Shown: positions 13,101 through 20,201 of the stretch, one piece after another
Position numbering within the stretch: position 1 is the stretch's first letter
Layout of the letters: each line of letters starts with the position of its first letter
DNA from: a virus
Taxonomy: Duplodnaviria; Heunggongvirae; Uroviricota; Caudoviricetes
Virus record (IMG/VR): IMGVR_UViG_3300042295_001370
Location: 69,673 to 133,672 of that record
DNA length: 64,000 nt
Reading direction: 5' to 3' (one strand)
The notes under the pieces: model-generated
Seen by the model: only the letters and a program-made list of their open reading frames with translations
Told to the model about the DNA's origin: nothing
The model's database searches: none
Translations under genes and position numbers: made by a program

Positions 13101-16100
13101 GGTCGTTGGGGCGAGCCAGTGTGGGATGGCGTATTGGGCTGGGACAACACTAGCCAAGAAGTTGATCGGTTATTTGATCAATACATAAATGGTGGAGCAA
13201 GGCCACAATATTGGGTATTCAAAGGGGACGGGCTGCAAACAAAGTTTGCCCTGCCTCAGGCCCCACAAGCTCCAAATGACTTGCGTGTTTGGGTAAATGG
13301 TAATCTTCAAAACACTCCTCTCAATTGGACAGTCAAAAACTGGATAACTGCTGTGGATGTTGCTAATCAAGGATTAGGATATAGTGTAAATGATATACTC
13401 TCTGTATCTGGAGGCACTTATACTATTCCTGCTCAGCTGAAAGTAGTCAACACAAGTTTGACAGGTGCAATTTTGAAAATTGAGGTGGTCTTTCCAGGGG
13501 CATACACACTGACTCCCAGTGGAACAGCAGTGCAAGCCTCTGGCGGTTCAGGCGTAAATGCCACCTTTGTCCTACGTTGGGGCGGCACAAGTCTTGAATT
13601 TGCACTGGCGCCACTTAGTGCTGTAGCCAAACCCAACATTTGGGTAGCAGAAGCAGGCAGCACATTTGAAAGTGCCCTAGGAGGCACGCTTGATGCTGTA
13701 TATGATGGACAGGGGTTGAGTCGACCACATGTGGAAGGCAATCATCCTGAAGAGTTGTTCCCGCTTCAAGGAAAAGAAACCTTGATAATAGATGTTGCCA
13801 ATCAACCCACAGTGGGCTTTGGGAATGTGTTGTCTGAAAGTTGGCTTGGCGACAGCATTACTGATAGATTTTATATTGGCCAACCAGTGTTCAGTGCTGC
13901 TGACATTATTGTCAGTGTAGGCGGAATTTTGAAAACTCTAGGACCAACCTCTGATTATGTATATGATCCCAGCAGCAATAGCATTGTTTTTGTTTTCCCG
14001 CCAGTGGGATCAGTTGTAATTACCAGCTTTGGTTTTGGTGGAGCAACCCCTGGTCTCGGAAATTGGAGCATAGTAAATCAAGGAATTGATTACAACTTGA
14101 ACGATACTATCGTGTTAAGTGATACATCACAGAGCTACACATCTACAACAGTGTTAGTCACTGCAATACGTGCAACTGCTGTAAATGTAAATCAGCCAGG
14201 ATCTGGCTACAAGGTAGGAGATCTCTTGTATTTCAAATACGGGAGCGGAACGCAAACTTTGGTAATCAAGGTTGACAGCACTACTGCTTTTGGTGGTGTA
14301 GCTGGACAAATTACTGCTGTGAGTATTGTAAATCAAGGCTATTATACTCAGCCCAGCATAAGTCAAAATGAATGGTATACAAATGGAACAGGTATAGGAG
14401 GGTTGATTACTCCACAATGGGGAGTAGCCAGCATCTTGCCGTTGACTCGTGGTAGTTATTTGAATAAGAATGTTGGCCTCCAACAAGTGGGTGTAACCAT
14501 AAGTGGTGGAGCACCTGGTACTGGCACAGGGTTCAGCATTGCTAACTATTCCAGCCATATTCAAGAAACTAAAACTGTTGTTTTTGACATCACAAGTTTT
14601 GTGATCACAATGGATCAACCCATAGGCGCTAACACTATTCTGATGACTTGGAATGGAGTGCCTACAGTGAGTTTTGGTGTAAACCCTGCCGACAATCGTC
14701 AAATTGGACTGGGATTTACACCTTTGCCTGGCGACACTATTGTAATTTTGGTATACAGCAGTCAATATCAAAGTCTACAAAAATTACAGAGTTTGGTAGT
14801 AACCTTGCCATTGCTCACGTATCCGCTGAATTTGAATACACCAAATAATCCCTTGAGCGGATTCAATCCTGCACAAAGTAACAATGCACTGGTCTACAGT
14901 AACGGCAAGCGATTGAAGCCACCCTACCTTTTGAGTGCAATTGGTGACAACAACACAACAGCATATAATTTGGCTATTTTCCCAGATCCTGGGTCATTTA
15001 TTCAAGTTTGGTTAAATGCCTCAGTATTGCCTAACACAGAATATACATTGGCTGGAAATCAAATAATATTCACTACAGCGCCATCAGATAAAAGTTTCAT
15101 TTACATTGAAGTGGCTGATCCAGTCGCCCAAAACTATGATTATCAAATCCAAGGAACAAACCTACTTTTGGCAAGTTGGGCGGTGGTTGACGGCGATACT
15201 ATTGTTGTAAGAACTTGGGGTGAAGACAGCGCAAGTGCCTTTTATAACGATGTCTGGACAGGTGATTCCAGCAACCAATACCTATTCACCAATACTCCGT
15301 TGGAGTTCCAAAGTGTGCAAGTATGGCTCAACGGCAGTAGCTTAAGCTGGATTTTAGACTATACCATAGTCAAAACCGGAAACAGTTGGTACCTAAAGTT
15401 AGGAAATCATTACACTTTGACAGCAGCTGATGAGATTCAAGCCTATTATCCCACAGCGTTGCCCAGCAAAGATGGTGTTGCATTCCGTGCTGTGACAAAT
15501 GTGTATAACGACACACAATACCTACGCCTTGGGAATCAGGACAGGACCGTTCTTACTCAGGTGTTGAACTGGAATGATCAGGAAATTTTTGTAGCAAATG
15601 GCGACACTCTTCTTGAACCTGATGACAAACGACCTGGGGTTATTTGGATTGAGGGTGAAAGAATTGAATATTTTGACAAAGCTCCTGCGGCCTCAACTGC
15701 ATTTCCTAACCAAGCTGTTTTGAGAAAAATCAATCGTGGCACACTGGGAACACCTGGCGGCATTAGTGATAAATTTGTGGCACAGTATTGGAGTAGCACA
15801 GGCAACAGTGATTTGTATCCTGTAACTATTACAAACGCAGGAGAATGGCAAGCAGGAATGGTAAATGCGTATGTTATTGTGGATGGCAAGCTCCAAAACG
15901 ATTGGATGCTAGTAAGCAACCCCTCAAATGCAGCCCCTGGATTTTATCTGCAATTCCCCTCTCAGACATTGGCTCCAATTTTTGAACCACCTCCTGCAGG
16001 CAATAAAAATATTGGACTTATAATCTTCAAACAAGACTGGAAAACAACAGCTATGTCTCACCCAACTACCAGCGTAGTGCGAGATGGTAGTGTGCGGCAA

Positions 16101-16208
16101 GTTATCCCAGGTGGGTATCAGTGGCCTTATGGTGGACTAGGGCTACAATATAGCAGCACTTACCAAGCTCAATTTTTGTTGTCACAACCTGGGTCGATAC
16201 CAGCATAA
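4155..16208 (+). CDS. giant (4017 aa) virion structural protein (baseplate/fibre-associated, function unassigned)
   Basis: One uninterrupted 12-kb ORF translationally coupled to the gp6-like gene. The composition is Asn/Thr/Ser/Gly-rich and beta-rich, with internally repeated Ig-like segments (for example VTAVDVANQGLGYSVNDILSV... and VTAIRATAVNVNQPGSGYKVGDLLYF...). No catalytic motif was seen. Its position matches the very large gp7-like proteins of some T4-like phages. Confidence 0.6.
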   Translation: MSDTKRRISDLLPEVLQTDILRKFFAATADHLFQPEKVEYLNNYIGRMPSWYNPKKDFYVVETSKSRQDYQVEATAISRSQGSDTVSHILFYEDLLNKLRSQGALVNDHNRLFEQEYYSFGLPCDVDMWLNFQEYVWLSDGPDTITLLDITDLSSVSNESAYVYAGTYAIANNPSSIINGATHPLVFSTGLKIKPTLDLDIALRDRELIIEGVGRKIYFVDDTDSSIKIRWDNPKEYDSTPWDGVDKLVTPAYVVMHRGSSNQNPWSIRNRWFHRDVLVQSQTLLQDVNALVAKYPIICFDKTTKLWNFGTIGRGRVTVVDSFTTDLGSLIGRSQSNSNPLLVDGISLDDGMTILFTNLVDGQANNRIYRVSGLRSDNKLTLQLLPNQSDVTGAPKNNDSLYVASGNPLNRFFDTYLRFQSSTNSWVSAQSWKQTVDSQSPLFELFDIDGNSLSDPSIYPLSSFSGSSLFSYDPSQLAAINQGSLLVSANELTFENTLSQNTWTYQPNNLRVDISGFKFWQTVDPVTTQPVYQNNWFKSPVLSRQYVVNQFYTQESQKTFTLDQAPGTGAPGPSAINVEVSGVLLTPDQYTVSGKVLTLANSVQPNSNVVVKTWQNITNIATTGYFEIPKNLEANPNNLEVSTITRQNIINHLITVIGNQSNIIGNIIGANNWRDTAQNQSLGTVILQHRAPLLKTMILNSIAQTSALTSSNALLDPIGVMQWSQKEYLRFYNKYINSLVNLFNSGGLTLANPISEWLDKALKSINVGKTLSSPWAMSGFDGVPGRYCSEKSITPTFVPASAARLGVTPSFVPTAFFDVTQPNSPLSLRCHNGAVVVLQDFNGADLGTIADQQSSTVDPQLLTHPVARAWMQLEVNLFNSLPASYRNPDSVQKLDIKTIFSGKWRTTNYSYKDQLTMLYPVFERWLTTNQLDAFKNTTYKIDDPFSWNYSSCTDQENNPVPGHWRGIYFLFFDTDRPNSCPWEMLGFSQQPLWWNAEYGAAPYTSGNTQLWYDLRDGRIRQGQRQGIDPAYARPGLMQYLPVDEFGQLLPPGPARIVTTLPSEIEARADWKFGDRGPLENVWLTAVDSDQIWAQIGYLAKPAQFIEYLWDGPRAQQIFATQTNSQWVWKDYRKRISNSDIFVHREDPQNVTTLSSDLSYYGSCGIQHWISEYLINDSRSVTEYFGNVIRNSDVTLGYRAGGFIDGTSVKLLVDSFGLSSNDSLLIPQEDVTNNLIRSASLKEFFYSGVIVEYRGSEGYRVIGYDSYDPNFYVIPSNLTGPKTTVIVDKIKVIEYKLGLPSVKKVPYGTILPTQQDVFDFLVSLGRWQVSQGWIFDEYSSTTGQLQDWSLSGREFLFWSQGPWAAGNYIALSPLALKTKFVTSFGTIQNIGGIVNGSYTILDRGGRPIQVQNIDFLRIDDQVSVRPLNDQGIFGIRLYTTGLEHALLFQNKTIFGDIVYDPLFDVRQSRFKIQTYKSMDWAGRLEAPGYLVTQTTSTIGDRIIVNNQILANFEKTVDDIRKLYNIDVPTPYNYSDSTGMHTNATSALSQALPKRYNMLATHLVGYQQREYLTNLLVDETTQFQFYQGMIKQKGTKGTIDSLLRNTQLVDANESFSYYEEYAFRLGTYGSNELIHGIDVLLLQTEVRSNPQLVEFFSGSIEDLAYDDTITITPKDSRVLYKSEATPNFSLRSHYGSAPGDLPNSGYVLFSEATYYVKDQAELFSLSQTLETKNTPLQAHDRVWQFIDTAIGWNIYKVCRPAWQIQQTTPVTLNQTTISTSLPHNLQNGNILVLSGVTGVNGRLDGTFSVFNVTRNTFDVQATTSATGANGQVLQYWSIRFPTYAAFNNATPPGGWTQRDFAYVDGNQDEPWKVYQKYGVWFEYRREDKKVDTSLLLTSTLYNKTTLQTLAHLNIWDPSKGALPGLVNEEVTYRTHWDPASYNAGDSRLYQVDPSTAWGPNQVGQTWWDLSTTRFIDYEIGTDSYRRRHWGQIAPGISIDIYEWIRSLVPPSSWAGAVTAGNSAATGGDQTPTGSVKGADYPYVLASERNESGQYTNAYYFWVKNKTTVPNVPDRKISVASLSQIVESPQTQNQSWWAAISSTGALLANIGSFLDENNTVWQVNYTSRENVDKIYKEWTLLRPNDPLSTPTLDLWSKMCDSLVEFNNVGNSVPNLRLPEMSKYGMLTRPSQSWFKDGITARRAFVKKINSLLSSSSVPPLDDPDRLGWLQYFQSVEPQPLQKNTKANARVATTTALDTVYYPGENGKGATLTYNGSSYSALVVDGITVNLGDRIIVKNQNPVTLTSSIVTQTPNQNGIYDVVDIGSLNNPWILMRSADFDSIDDNLIDAQVLVLEGASQLLPTTYIQNNKNILKLGIDPLEWQIVRPVKGILPCNWDYYVATLAARDALIPSLIPGNKVLVDVSAATNNRWTIWLYQGQNQFSLERMQAWDTNQVWYLVDWYASGISADTLIGATVATLADRDTLVVDSGTLVKVLNTGNGRWNLFEYTPDSETLWTVVGVQNGNLQLSDNLYDYEKYSMGFSGGSYAVDYQGWEYDTRLELSYILQGLWPENNKAVGLLKVDSDVNERNMVFFELVSHVLAEQNFVDWCFKTSFINLKGFSQQLLSSAYYDPSKIDSLEKYIQEVKPYHVVIRQFVDYRVVSDYWESNSSDLDNPPYIDLNNNVSILNVSNPVDLAILSGDTIYKPWYDNYKASSGALIETVTLTGNGSTKSLQLSTSTKPENVLVYWNSKLSQAWNLRPGDNSIIDLVFVPNTNDVVQAYVYASSYLERKTFIGDGISQIVSMTNPITWQFTQVRWNNLLTNDYEINLDDSTLVELNFTPGVGDIVTVTVFDIANLSVRSTRTKIVLDRLACVPAEDYYSPGYSENTVPNRFIDTIEEMKALTNLPNGEIIKVIYDNIGLWSLFVFNQGIFELVGYQLDNGAADRIQQLYQPTPSMPPPNDPLLISGCAPKGTVLDGLDFNLNGRWGEPVWDGVLGWDNTSQEVDRLFDQYINGGARPQYWVFKGDGLQTKFALPQAPQAPNDLRVWVNGNLQNTPLNWTVKNWITAVDVANQGLGYSVNDILSVSGGTYTIPAQLKVVNTSLTGAILKIEVVFPGAYTLTPSGTAVQASGGSGVNATFVLRWGGTSLEFALAPLSAVAKPNIWVAEAGSTFESALGGTLDAVYDGQGLSRPHVEGNHPEELFPLQGKETLIIDVANQPTVGFGNVLSESWLGDSITDRFYIGQPVFSAADIIVSVGGILKTLGPTSDYVYDPSSNSIVFVFPPVGSVVITSFGFGGATPGLGNWSIVNQGIDYNLNDTIVLSDTSQSYTSTTVLVTAIRATAVNVNQPGSGYKVGDLLYFKYGSGTQTLVIKVDSTTAFGGVAGQITAVSIVNQGYYTQPSISQNEWYTNGTGIGGLITPQWGVASILPLTRGSYLNKNVGLQQVGVTISGGAPGTGTGFSIANYSSHIQETKTVVFDITSFVITMDQPIGANTILMTWNGVPTVSFGVNPADNRQIGLGFTPLPGDTIVILVYSSQYQSLQKLQSLVVTLPLLTYPLNLNTPNNPLSGFNPAQSNNALVYSNGKRLKPPYLLSAIGDNNTTAYNLAIFPDPGSFIQVWLNASVLPNTEYTLAGNQIIFTTAPSDKSFIYIEVADPVAQNYDYQIQGTNLLLASWAVVDGDTIVVRTWGEDSASAFYNDVWTGDSSNQYLFTNTPLEFQSVQVWLNGSSLSWILDYTIVKTGNSWYLKLGNHYTLTAADEIQAYYPTALPSKDGVAFRAVTNVYNDTQYLRLGNQDRTVLTQVLNWNDQEIFVANGDTLLEPDDKRPGVIWIEGERIEYFDKAPAASTAFPNQAVLRKINRGTLGTPGGISDKFVAQYWSSTGNSDLYPVTITNAGEWQAGMVNAYVIVDGKLQNDWMLVSNPSNAAPGFYLQFPSQTLAPIFEPPPAGNKNIGLIIFKQDWKTTAMSHPTTSVVRDGSVRQVIPGGYQWPYGGLGLQYSSTYQAQFLLSQPGSIPA

Positions 16209-16252
16209 ATATAGCCATGGAACAGCAGACAGAAAAAATAGTTGATACAAAA

Positions 16253-16292
16253 GTAGATGACTGTCAAAAATTAGTAGTAAGCAGTCATCTAC
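16253..16292. other. hairpin: 11-bp perfect inverted repeat GTAGATGACTG / CAGTCATCTAC with an 18-nt loop
   Basis: Read directly from the intergenic sequence after the giant ORF. No T-run follows, so it is not a canonical intrinsic terminator. Confidence 0.3.
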
Positions 16293-16347
16293 TGATAAAA
16301 GATTTAAACTCAAACAAAATAATCCTAGACAAAAGGCTCTCCTAAAA

Positions 16348-16932
16348 ATGGAAACTCCCTTGAATAATATTACAGGACACGTTTTGATCCGCGACTTTCA
16401 TACCAAGGAAGTTTTGGTAGACAAATACAATGCCATCAATTTTGAGAATTTCAGCATTGCATTGGCACAAGGGTTGGCTTATCGCCCCGAAGGTTATATT
16501 CAAGAAATGGTGTTCGGCAATGGTGCTGCTGTTGTTTCTGGTGTAGGAACAGTAATTTATCTCCCACCCAATGTACAGGGCCTTGATGCACAACTATACA
16601 ACGAAACATATTACAAAGTTGTAAATGATCTCAGTCCAGACAACAGTGACCCCACTCGTAACTTTATCAAAGTTATTCACAGACCTGGTACAGTATATAC
16701 TGATGTGAAAATCACATGTGTTTTGGGCTTGGGTGAACCAGCTGGCCAAGATGCATTTGATACAGCAACAGATGTGTCAAGTCCTTACGTGTTCAATGAG
16801 TTGGGCTTGAAAACCAAAAAAGCAGTTGCAGATACAGGATTGTTGATAAGCCATGTAGTATTTTCACCAGTTCAAAAATCTTTGAATCGCGAAATTGAAG
16901 TGGTTTATACTATCCGTATTCAAACAGCCTAA
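16348..16932 (+). CDS. hypothetical structural protein
   Basis: 194-aa ORF lying between the giant structural gene and the tail-fibre gene. No recognisable motif. Confidence 0.45.
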   Translation: METPLNNITGHVLIRDFHTKEVLVDKYNAINFENFSIALAQGLAYRPEGYIQEMVFGNGAAVVSGVGTVIYLPPNVQGLDAQLYNETYYKVVNDLSPDNSDPTRNFIKVIHRPGTVYTDVKITCVLGLGEPAGQDAFDTATDVSSPYVFNELGLKTKKAVADTGLLISHVVFSPVQKSLNREIEVVYTIRIQTA

Positions 16933-16963
16933 GCTTTTTGTGGCTAGCAAGGTCATTTGCTGC

Positions 16964-16970
16964 ATAAATA
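16964..16970 (+). promoter_or_regulatory. late-promoter-like ATAAATA box 25 nt upstream of the tail-fibre ATG
   Basis: Sequence 'tgcATAAATAtcagaaatactctgaggcaagcaatATG'. This motif lies inside the ORF-track's extended ORF, which argues that the true start is the ATG at 16996. Confidence 0.25.
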
Positions 16971-16995
16971 TCAGAAATACTCTGAGGCAAGCAAT

Positions 16996-18768
16996 ATGAC
17001 ATATGTGATCAACAGTTACAGCGGAACTCCGATTGCATCCATTCCTGACAAGACAATCAACACAACCGCAACTTCGTTGCGGTTGCCTGGGCGTAATTAT
17101 CCCAATTACGGTGAGCCTGTTGTTGAAAACTTAGTATGGATGTTGGAAAACTTTGCTGGGGCACCATTATCTGGGCCCAGTAATCCAAGAGTTGGTCAAT
17201 TATGGTATGACGTTGCCAACGCTCAATTGAAAGTATATGACGGCACTGCCTGGAAAAGTGCAGCCCCGGTACAAACTACACCCAACATACCTCCACCCAC
17301 ACCACCTGGTCCTACTCCTCCAGGCCCTCCCTCTCCTCCTGGCCCTGTAAATCCTGTTGACGGAGAGCTGTTGTATGATCAAACTAAAAAACAACTTTTT
17401 GTGTATGGTTCATCACAGTGGAACTTAGTTGGTCCGCTGGGTGCCGCTGACGGCAACGATGCAAATAGTCCCAGCATACCAGTCTATACAAATGTTGATG
17501 CACTGTTGGTAACAGACACCTTAAATGCAATCCATAAGGTATTGAGATTGACTGTAGGTGGACAACTGGTTGCAGTAGTAAGTAATGATGCAACTTTCGC
17601 TCCAGCAGCAACACCAACCAATCCATTACAAGGGTTCACAAGTGTCTATCCAGGAATAACCTTAAATCCCACATTGCCCAATGCCAAATTTTATGGCGAA
17701 AGCACAAGCACTTTGTTGGCCCAAAACAGCGTTTTCCTTGGTGGCATACCATCAGGAAGCTACATGCGTCGCGACCAAACAAATCTACCAATAAATGACA
17801 ACTTATACAACCTTGGTAGTACCAGCTTCAAATACAATACTATCTACGCCACAAATTTTGATGGCAAAGCCACAAGCGCCTTAAATGCTGATACCCTTGG
17901 GACGCCTCCCGTCAGTCCCACAATTTTCATGCGGAAAGATGCTACAAATATTCCTACTGTGGATGCCGTATTTGACCTTGGTAGCTTGAACACAAAATTG
18001 TGGACAGTGTTTTCTCACAAATTCTGTGCTGGCTCCCCTTCTGAATCTGATGGCCCTATGAAATATGTTTTCAAAGGTGATTTACAAACAGGACTAGGCC
18101 AAGTGGCGTCAAATCAGCTAAGCTGTTTCATATCTGGTGTTGAGACTGCCCGGTTTGTAAACCGTGGTTTGAGGTTGGGTGACGTAACAATTGCAGCAAA
18201 TGCCACTGCCTCCCCAGCGTTCAATGATTCATTTCTTACTATCAATATGAATCAAGCCAACACCGATGGTATCAACATCAGGTCAACCGTAAGTCAGCCC
18301 TTCAACCCTCAGCCAAATACTATGATAAATCTTTGGGGCAGTTATCCAATAACACCTGCGGTCCAAAAAGGTATATCATTCAAAATCAATACAACATCAA
18401 TCCTAAACGCATATGAGTCAGGAAGTATACTTTTCGATGATGCCGGCACCTATTACAACAGCCTATCTGATTATCGACGCAAAACAAACATTGCTCCGTT
18501 AAGCCAAGCCCTGGATTTAGTAGGCAAAGTTCATGCCAAAACCTATAACTGGGTTGACTCAATGCGGACTGAAAGGTCTAGTGGCTTCTTAGCTCATGAA
18601 CTTCAAGCTGTGGTACCACAAGCTGTTAAGGGCCAGAAAGATGAAGTTGATGAAAACGGCCATCCAGTCTATCAGTCAGTAGACAACAGCAAGTTAGTAC
18701 CTATATTATGGGCAGCAGTGCAAGAACTAAGTCAAAAACTTGCAGCCCTAGAAGCGAAGCTGGCCTAA
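16996..18768 (+). CDS. tail fibre protein with collagen-like Pro-rich stretch and C-terminal intramolecular chaperone (peptidase S74) domain
   Basis: Contains PPPTPPGPTPPGPPSPPGP. The C-terminus (YRRKTNIAPLSQALDLVGKVHAKTYNWVD...GFLAHELQAVVPQAV...LVPILWAAVQELSQKLAALEAKLA) matches the auto-cleaving chaperone domain of endosialidase-type tail fibres. Start chosen at MTYVIN; the ORF track extends it to 16957. Confidence 0.65.
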   Translation: MTYVINSYSGTPIASIPDKTINTTATSLRLPGRNYPNYGEPVVENLVWMLENFAGAPLSGPSNPRVGQLWYDVANAQLKVYDGTAWKSAAPVQTTPNIPPPTPPGPTPPGPPSPPGPVNPVDGELLYDQTKKQLFVYGSSQWNLVGPLGAADGNDANSPSIPVYTNVDALLVTDTLNAIHKVLRLTVGGQLVAVVSNDATFAPAATPTNPLQGFTSVYPGITLNPTLPNAKFYGESTSTLLAQNSVFLGGIPSGSYMRRDQTNLPINDNLYNLGSTSFKYNTIYATNFDGKATSALNADTLGTPPVSPTIFMRKDATNIPTVDAVFDLGSLNTKLWTVFSHKFCAGSPSESDGPMKYVFKGDLQTGLGQVASNQLSCFISGVETARFVNRGLRLGDVTIAANATASPAFNDSFLTINMNQANTDGINIRSTVSQPFNPQPNTMINLWGSYPITPAVQKGISFKINTTSILNAYESGSILFDDAGTYYNSLSDYRRKTNIAPLSQALDLVGKVHAKTYNWVDSMRTERSSGFLAHELQAVVPQAVKGQKDEVDENGHPVYQSVDNSKLVPILWAAVQELSQKLAALEAKLA

Positions 18769-18780
18769 AGGGCCAGCTTC
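18756..18780. terminator. GC-rich 10-bp stem / 5-nt loop hairpin at a convergent gene junction
   Basis: GAAGCTGGCC-taaag-GGCCAGCTTC. The stop codons of the tail-fibre gene (plus) and thyX (minus) both lie in or next to the loop. There is no T-tract, so the call rests on the structure alone. Confidence 0.4.
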
Positions 18781-19709
18781 CACTGCTTCTCAAATTCTGC
18801 CAACTCACGTTTGCTCATTCCAAACTGTGTTTGCAGTTGTGATTTGCTACCTGCGGTTTGGATCATAGTCTCATAACTGTCTGCAAAACTCACGCTCTGT
18901 ACGTTACTGAAGTTGATAAGCTCCTGCAATAGGTTTTTTTCAAGCCTACTCACAGTTGTGGCTTGCTGCCAATAGTCTTCAAACGCTTCCCATGCAATTG
19001 GACAAATGCGTTTCACATGCTCTGCAATAGGTAAGGCCAACTGTTGGATCTCATATTGCGCGTGAGAATCAATTCTGAGATTGAGATAGTGAAACAGGTT
19101 TTTGAGGTCAATTTTCCAATACAATTCAGTGTAGTTGTTTACTGGCAGCACCATACGTGCCAGCTCGCGTGCCAGGCCCTGACGCTCACCAAATTTATAG
19201 TCTCGTCCATTGGGGTCATTTATGAGGCTGAGATAGTCTAGATAGTTTTCAGCACTTACTCGCTGGATTGTGTTGAGTGCTATTTCCAGTTCTTGCTTTG
19301 CAAGTTGTCCGGCACTGCCCTGTTTGTTGTCACTGCTTTGCGCTTGAATTCGAGTTGGTTCAGGAATATAAAACTCATCCGTCATAACACTATAACGACC
19401 ACTGTATTCGTTGATTGAGGCCATTCGGTGTCGCACATGTTGACGCATTACAAAGATTGGCATTTTGAGATGAAACTTGAATTCCACCATCTCAAATGGA
19501 GTCGAGTGCATGTGCCTCATGAGATAGCGGATCAAACCGCGATCCTCATTTACAGATTTTGTGCCCTCGCCATAGCTGACTCGAGCAGCTTGCACAATGG
19601 CTTGATCACTGCCCATGTGGTCAATCAAGCCCACAAAGCCCTTGTCAAGTACCTTTGTGTATCTGCTGTCGTCAGCCACCTGTTCCCAAGTTGTCATCTC
19701 AATCTCCAA
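18765..19709 (-). CDS. thyX: flavin-dependent thymidylate synthase ThyX
   Basis: The conserved segments LDKGFVGLIDHMGSDQAIVQAARVSY...LMRHMHSTPFEMVEFKFHLKMPIFVMRQHVRHRMASINEYSGRY match ThyX along its length, including the RHR-(x7)-S signature. Confidence 0.85.
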   Translation of the reverse strand: MEIEMTTWEQVADDSRYTKVLDKGFVGLIDHMGSDQAIVQAARVSYGEGTKSVNEDRGLIRYLMRHMHSTPFEMVEFKFHLKMPIFVMRQHVRHRMASINEYSGRYSVMTDEFYIPEPTRIQAQSSDNKQGSAGQLAKQELEIALNTIQRVSAENYLDYLSLINDPNGRDYKFGERQGLARELARMVLPVNNYTELYWKIDLKNLFHYLNLRIDSHAQYEIQQLALPIAEHVKRICPIAWEAFEDYWQQATTVSRLEKNLLQELINFSNVQSVSFADSYETMIQTAGSKSQLQTQFGMSKRELAEFEKQWKLAL

Positions 19710-19774
19710 TACCTATACTGCTATTTTGTCCTAGGATACTGGGTTAAATCAAGTTGAACAGCTGGGAAATAAAA

Positions 19775-20140
19775 TTAACTTTGTTTCTGCTGAGATAAGA
19801 GTTTGCGTAACTTAGCTGCTTGACTTGTTTGTGCACGACTTTTTTTGTAACGACTGCTGGCCTTCTTGAGCACACTGTTGGCAAAACGTGAGATATCTTG
19901 CTTGAGTCGATCAAAGTCCAAGGTTACCTTGCAGCTTTCAATAAGCGCATCTTCAGGATCCATCATACGCTCTTGTTCCATTACAGAAACAAATTCTTTG
20001 CCTGATAATTTGATGCGCTTTCCGTATCTCGTGCGTACTACAGCATCTTTTATATATTTGGCGGGAGGTTCAGTATTAAAAGAGATACTGTTGAATATAG
20101 ACTCCCATTCCAAGTCTTCAGTTGTTTTCTTCTTTGCCAT
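19775..20140 (-). CDS. hypothetical basic protein
   Basis: 121-aa ORF with a Lys/Arg-rich C-terminus. No motif recognised. Confidence 0.4.
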   Translation of the reverse strand: MAKKKTTEDLEWESIFNSISFNTEPPAKYIKDAVVRTRYGKRIKLSGKEFVSVMEQERMMDPEDALIESCKVTLDFDRLKQDISRFANSVLKKASSRYKKSRAQTSQAAKLRKLLSQQKQS

Positions 20141-20201
20141 AGCTACCTCAAGAACTGGAGTTCCTTTATTTATCAGTTTGTCCAGCTCTTGAGATTTTTA
20201 C

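Noticed and set aside
1448-16208. Dozens of 60-200-aa ORFs in the ORF track on either strand inside the 1126-aa and 4017-aa structural genes
   Set aside because: They are fully nested within long, uninterrupted frames whose boundaries are translationally coupled. They have no independent start context and are typical shadow ORFs.
16957-16995. Upstream extension of the tail-fibre ORF (MLHKYQKYSEASN...)
   Set aside because: The extension contains the ATAAATA late-promoter-like box and has no ribosome-binding site. The ATG at 16996 is preceded by GAGG and begins the conserved part, so the shorter start was preferred.
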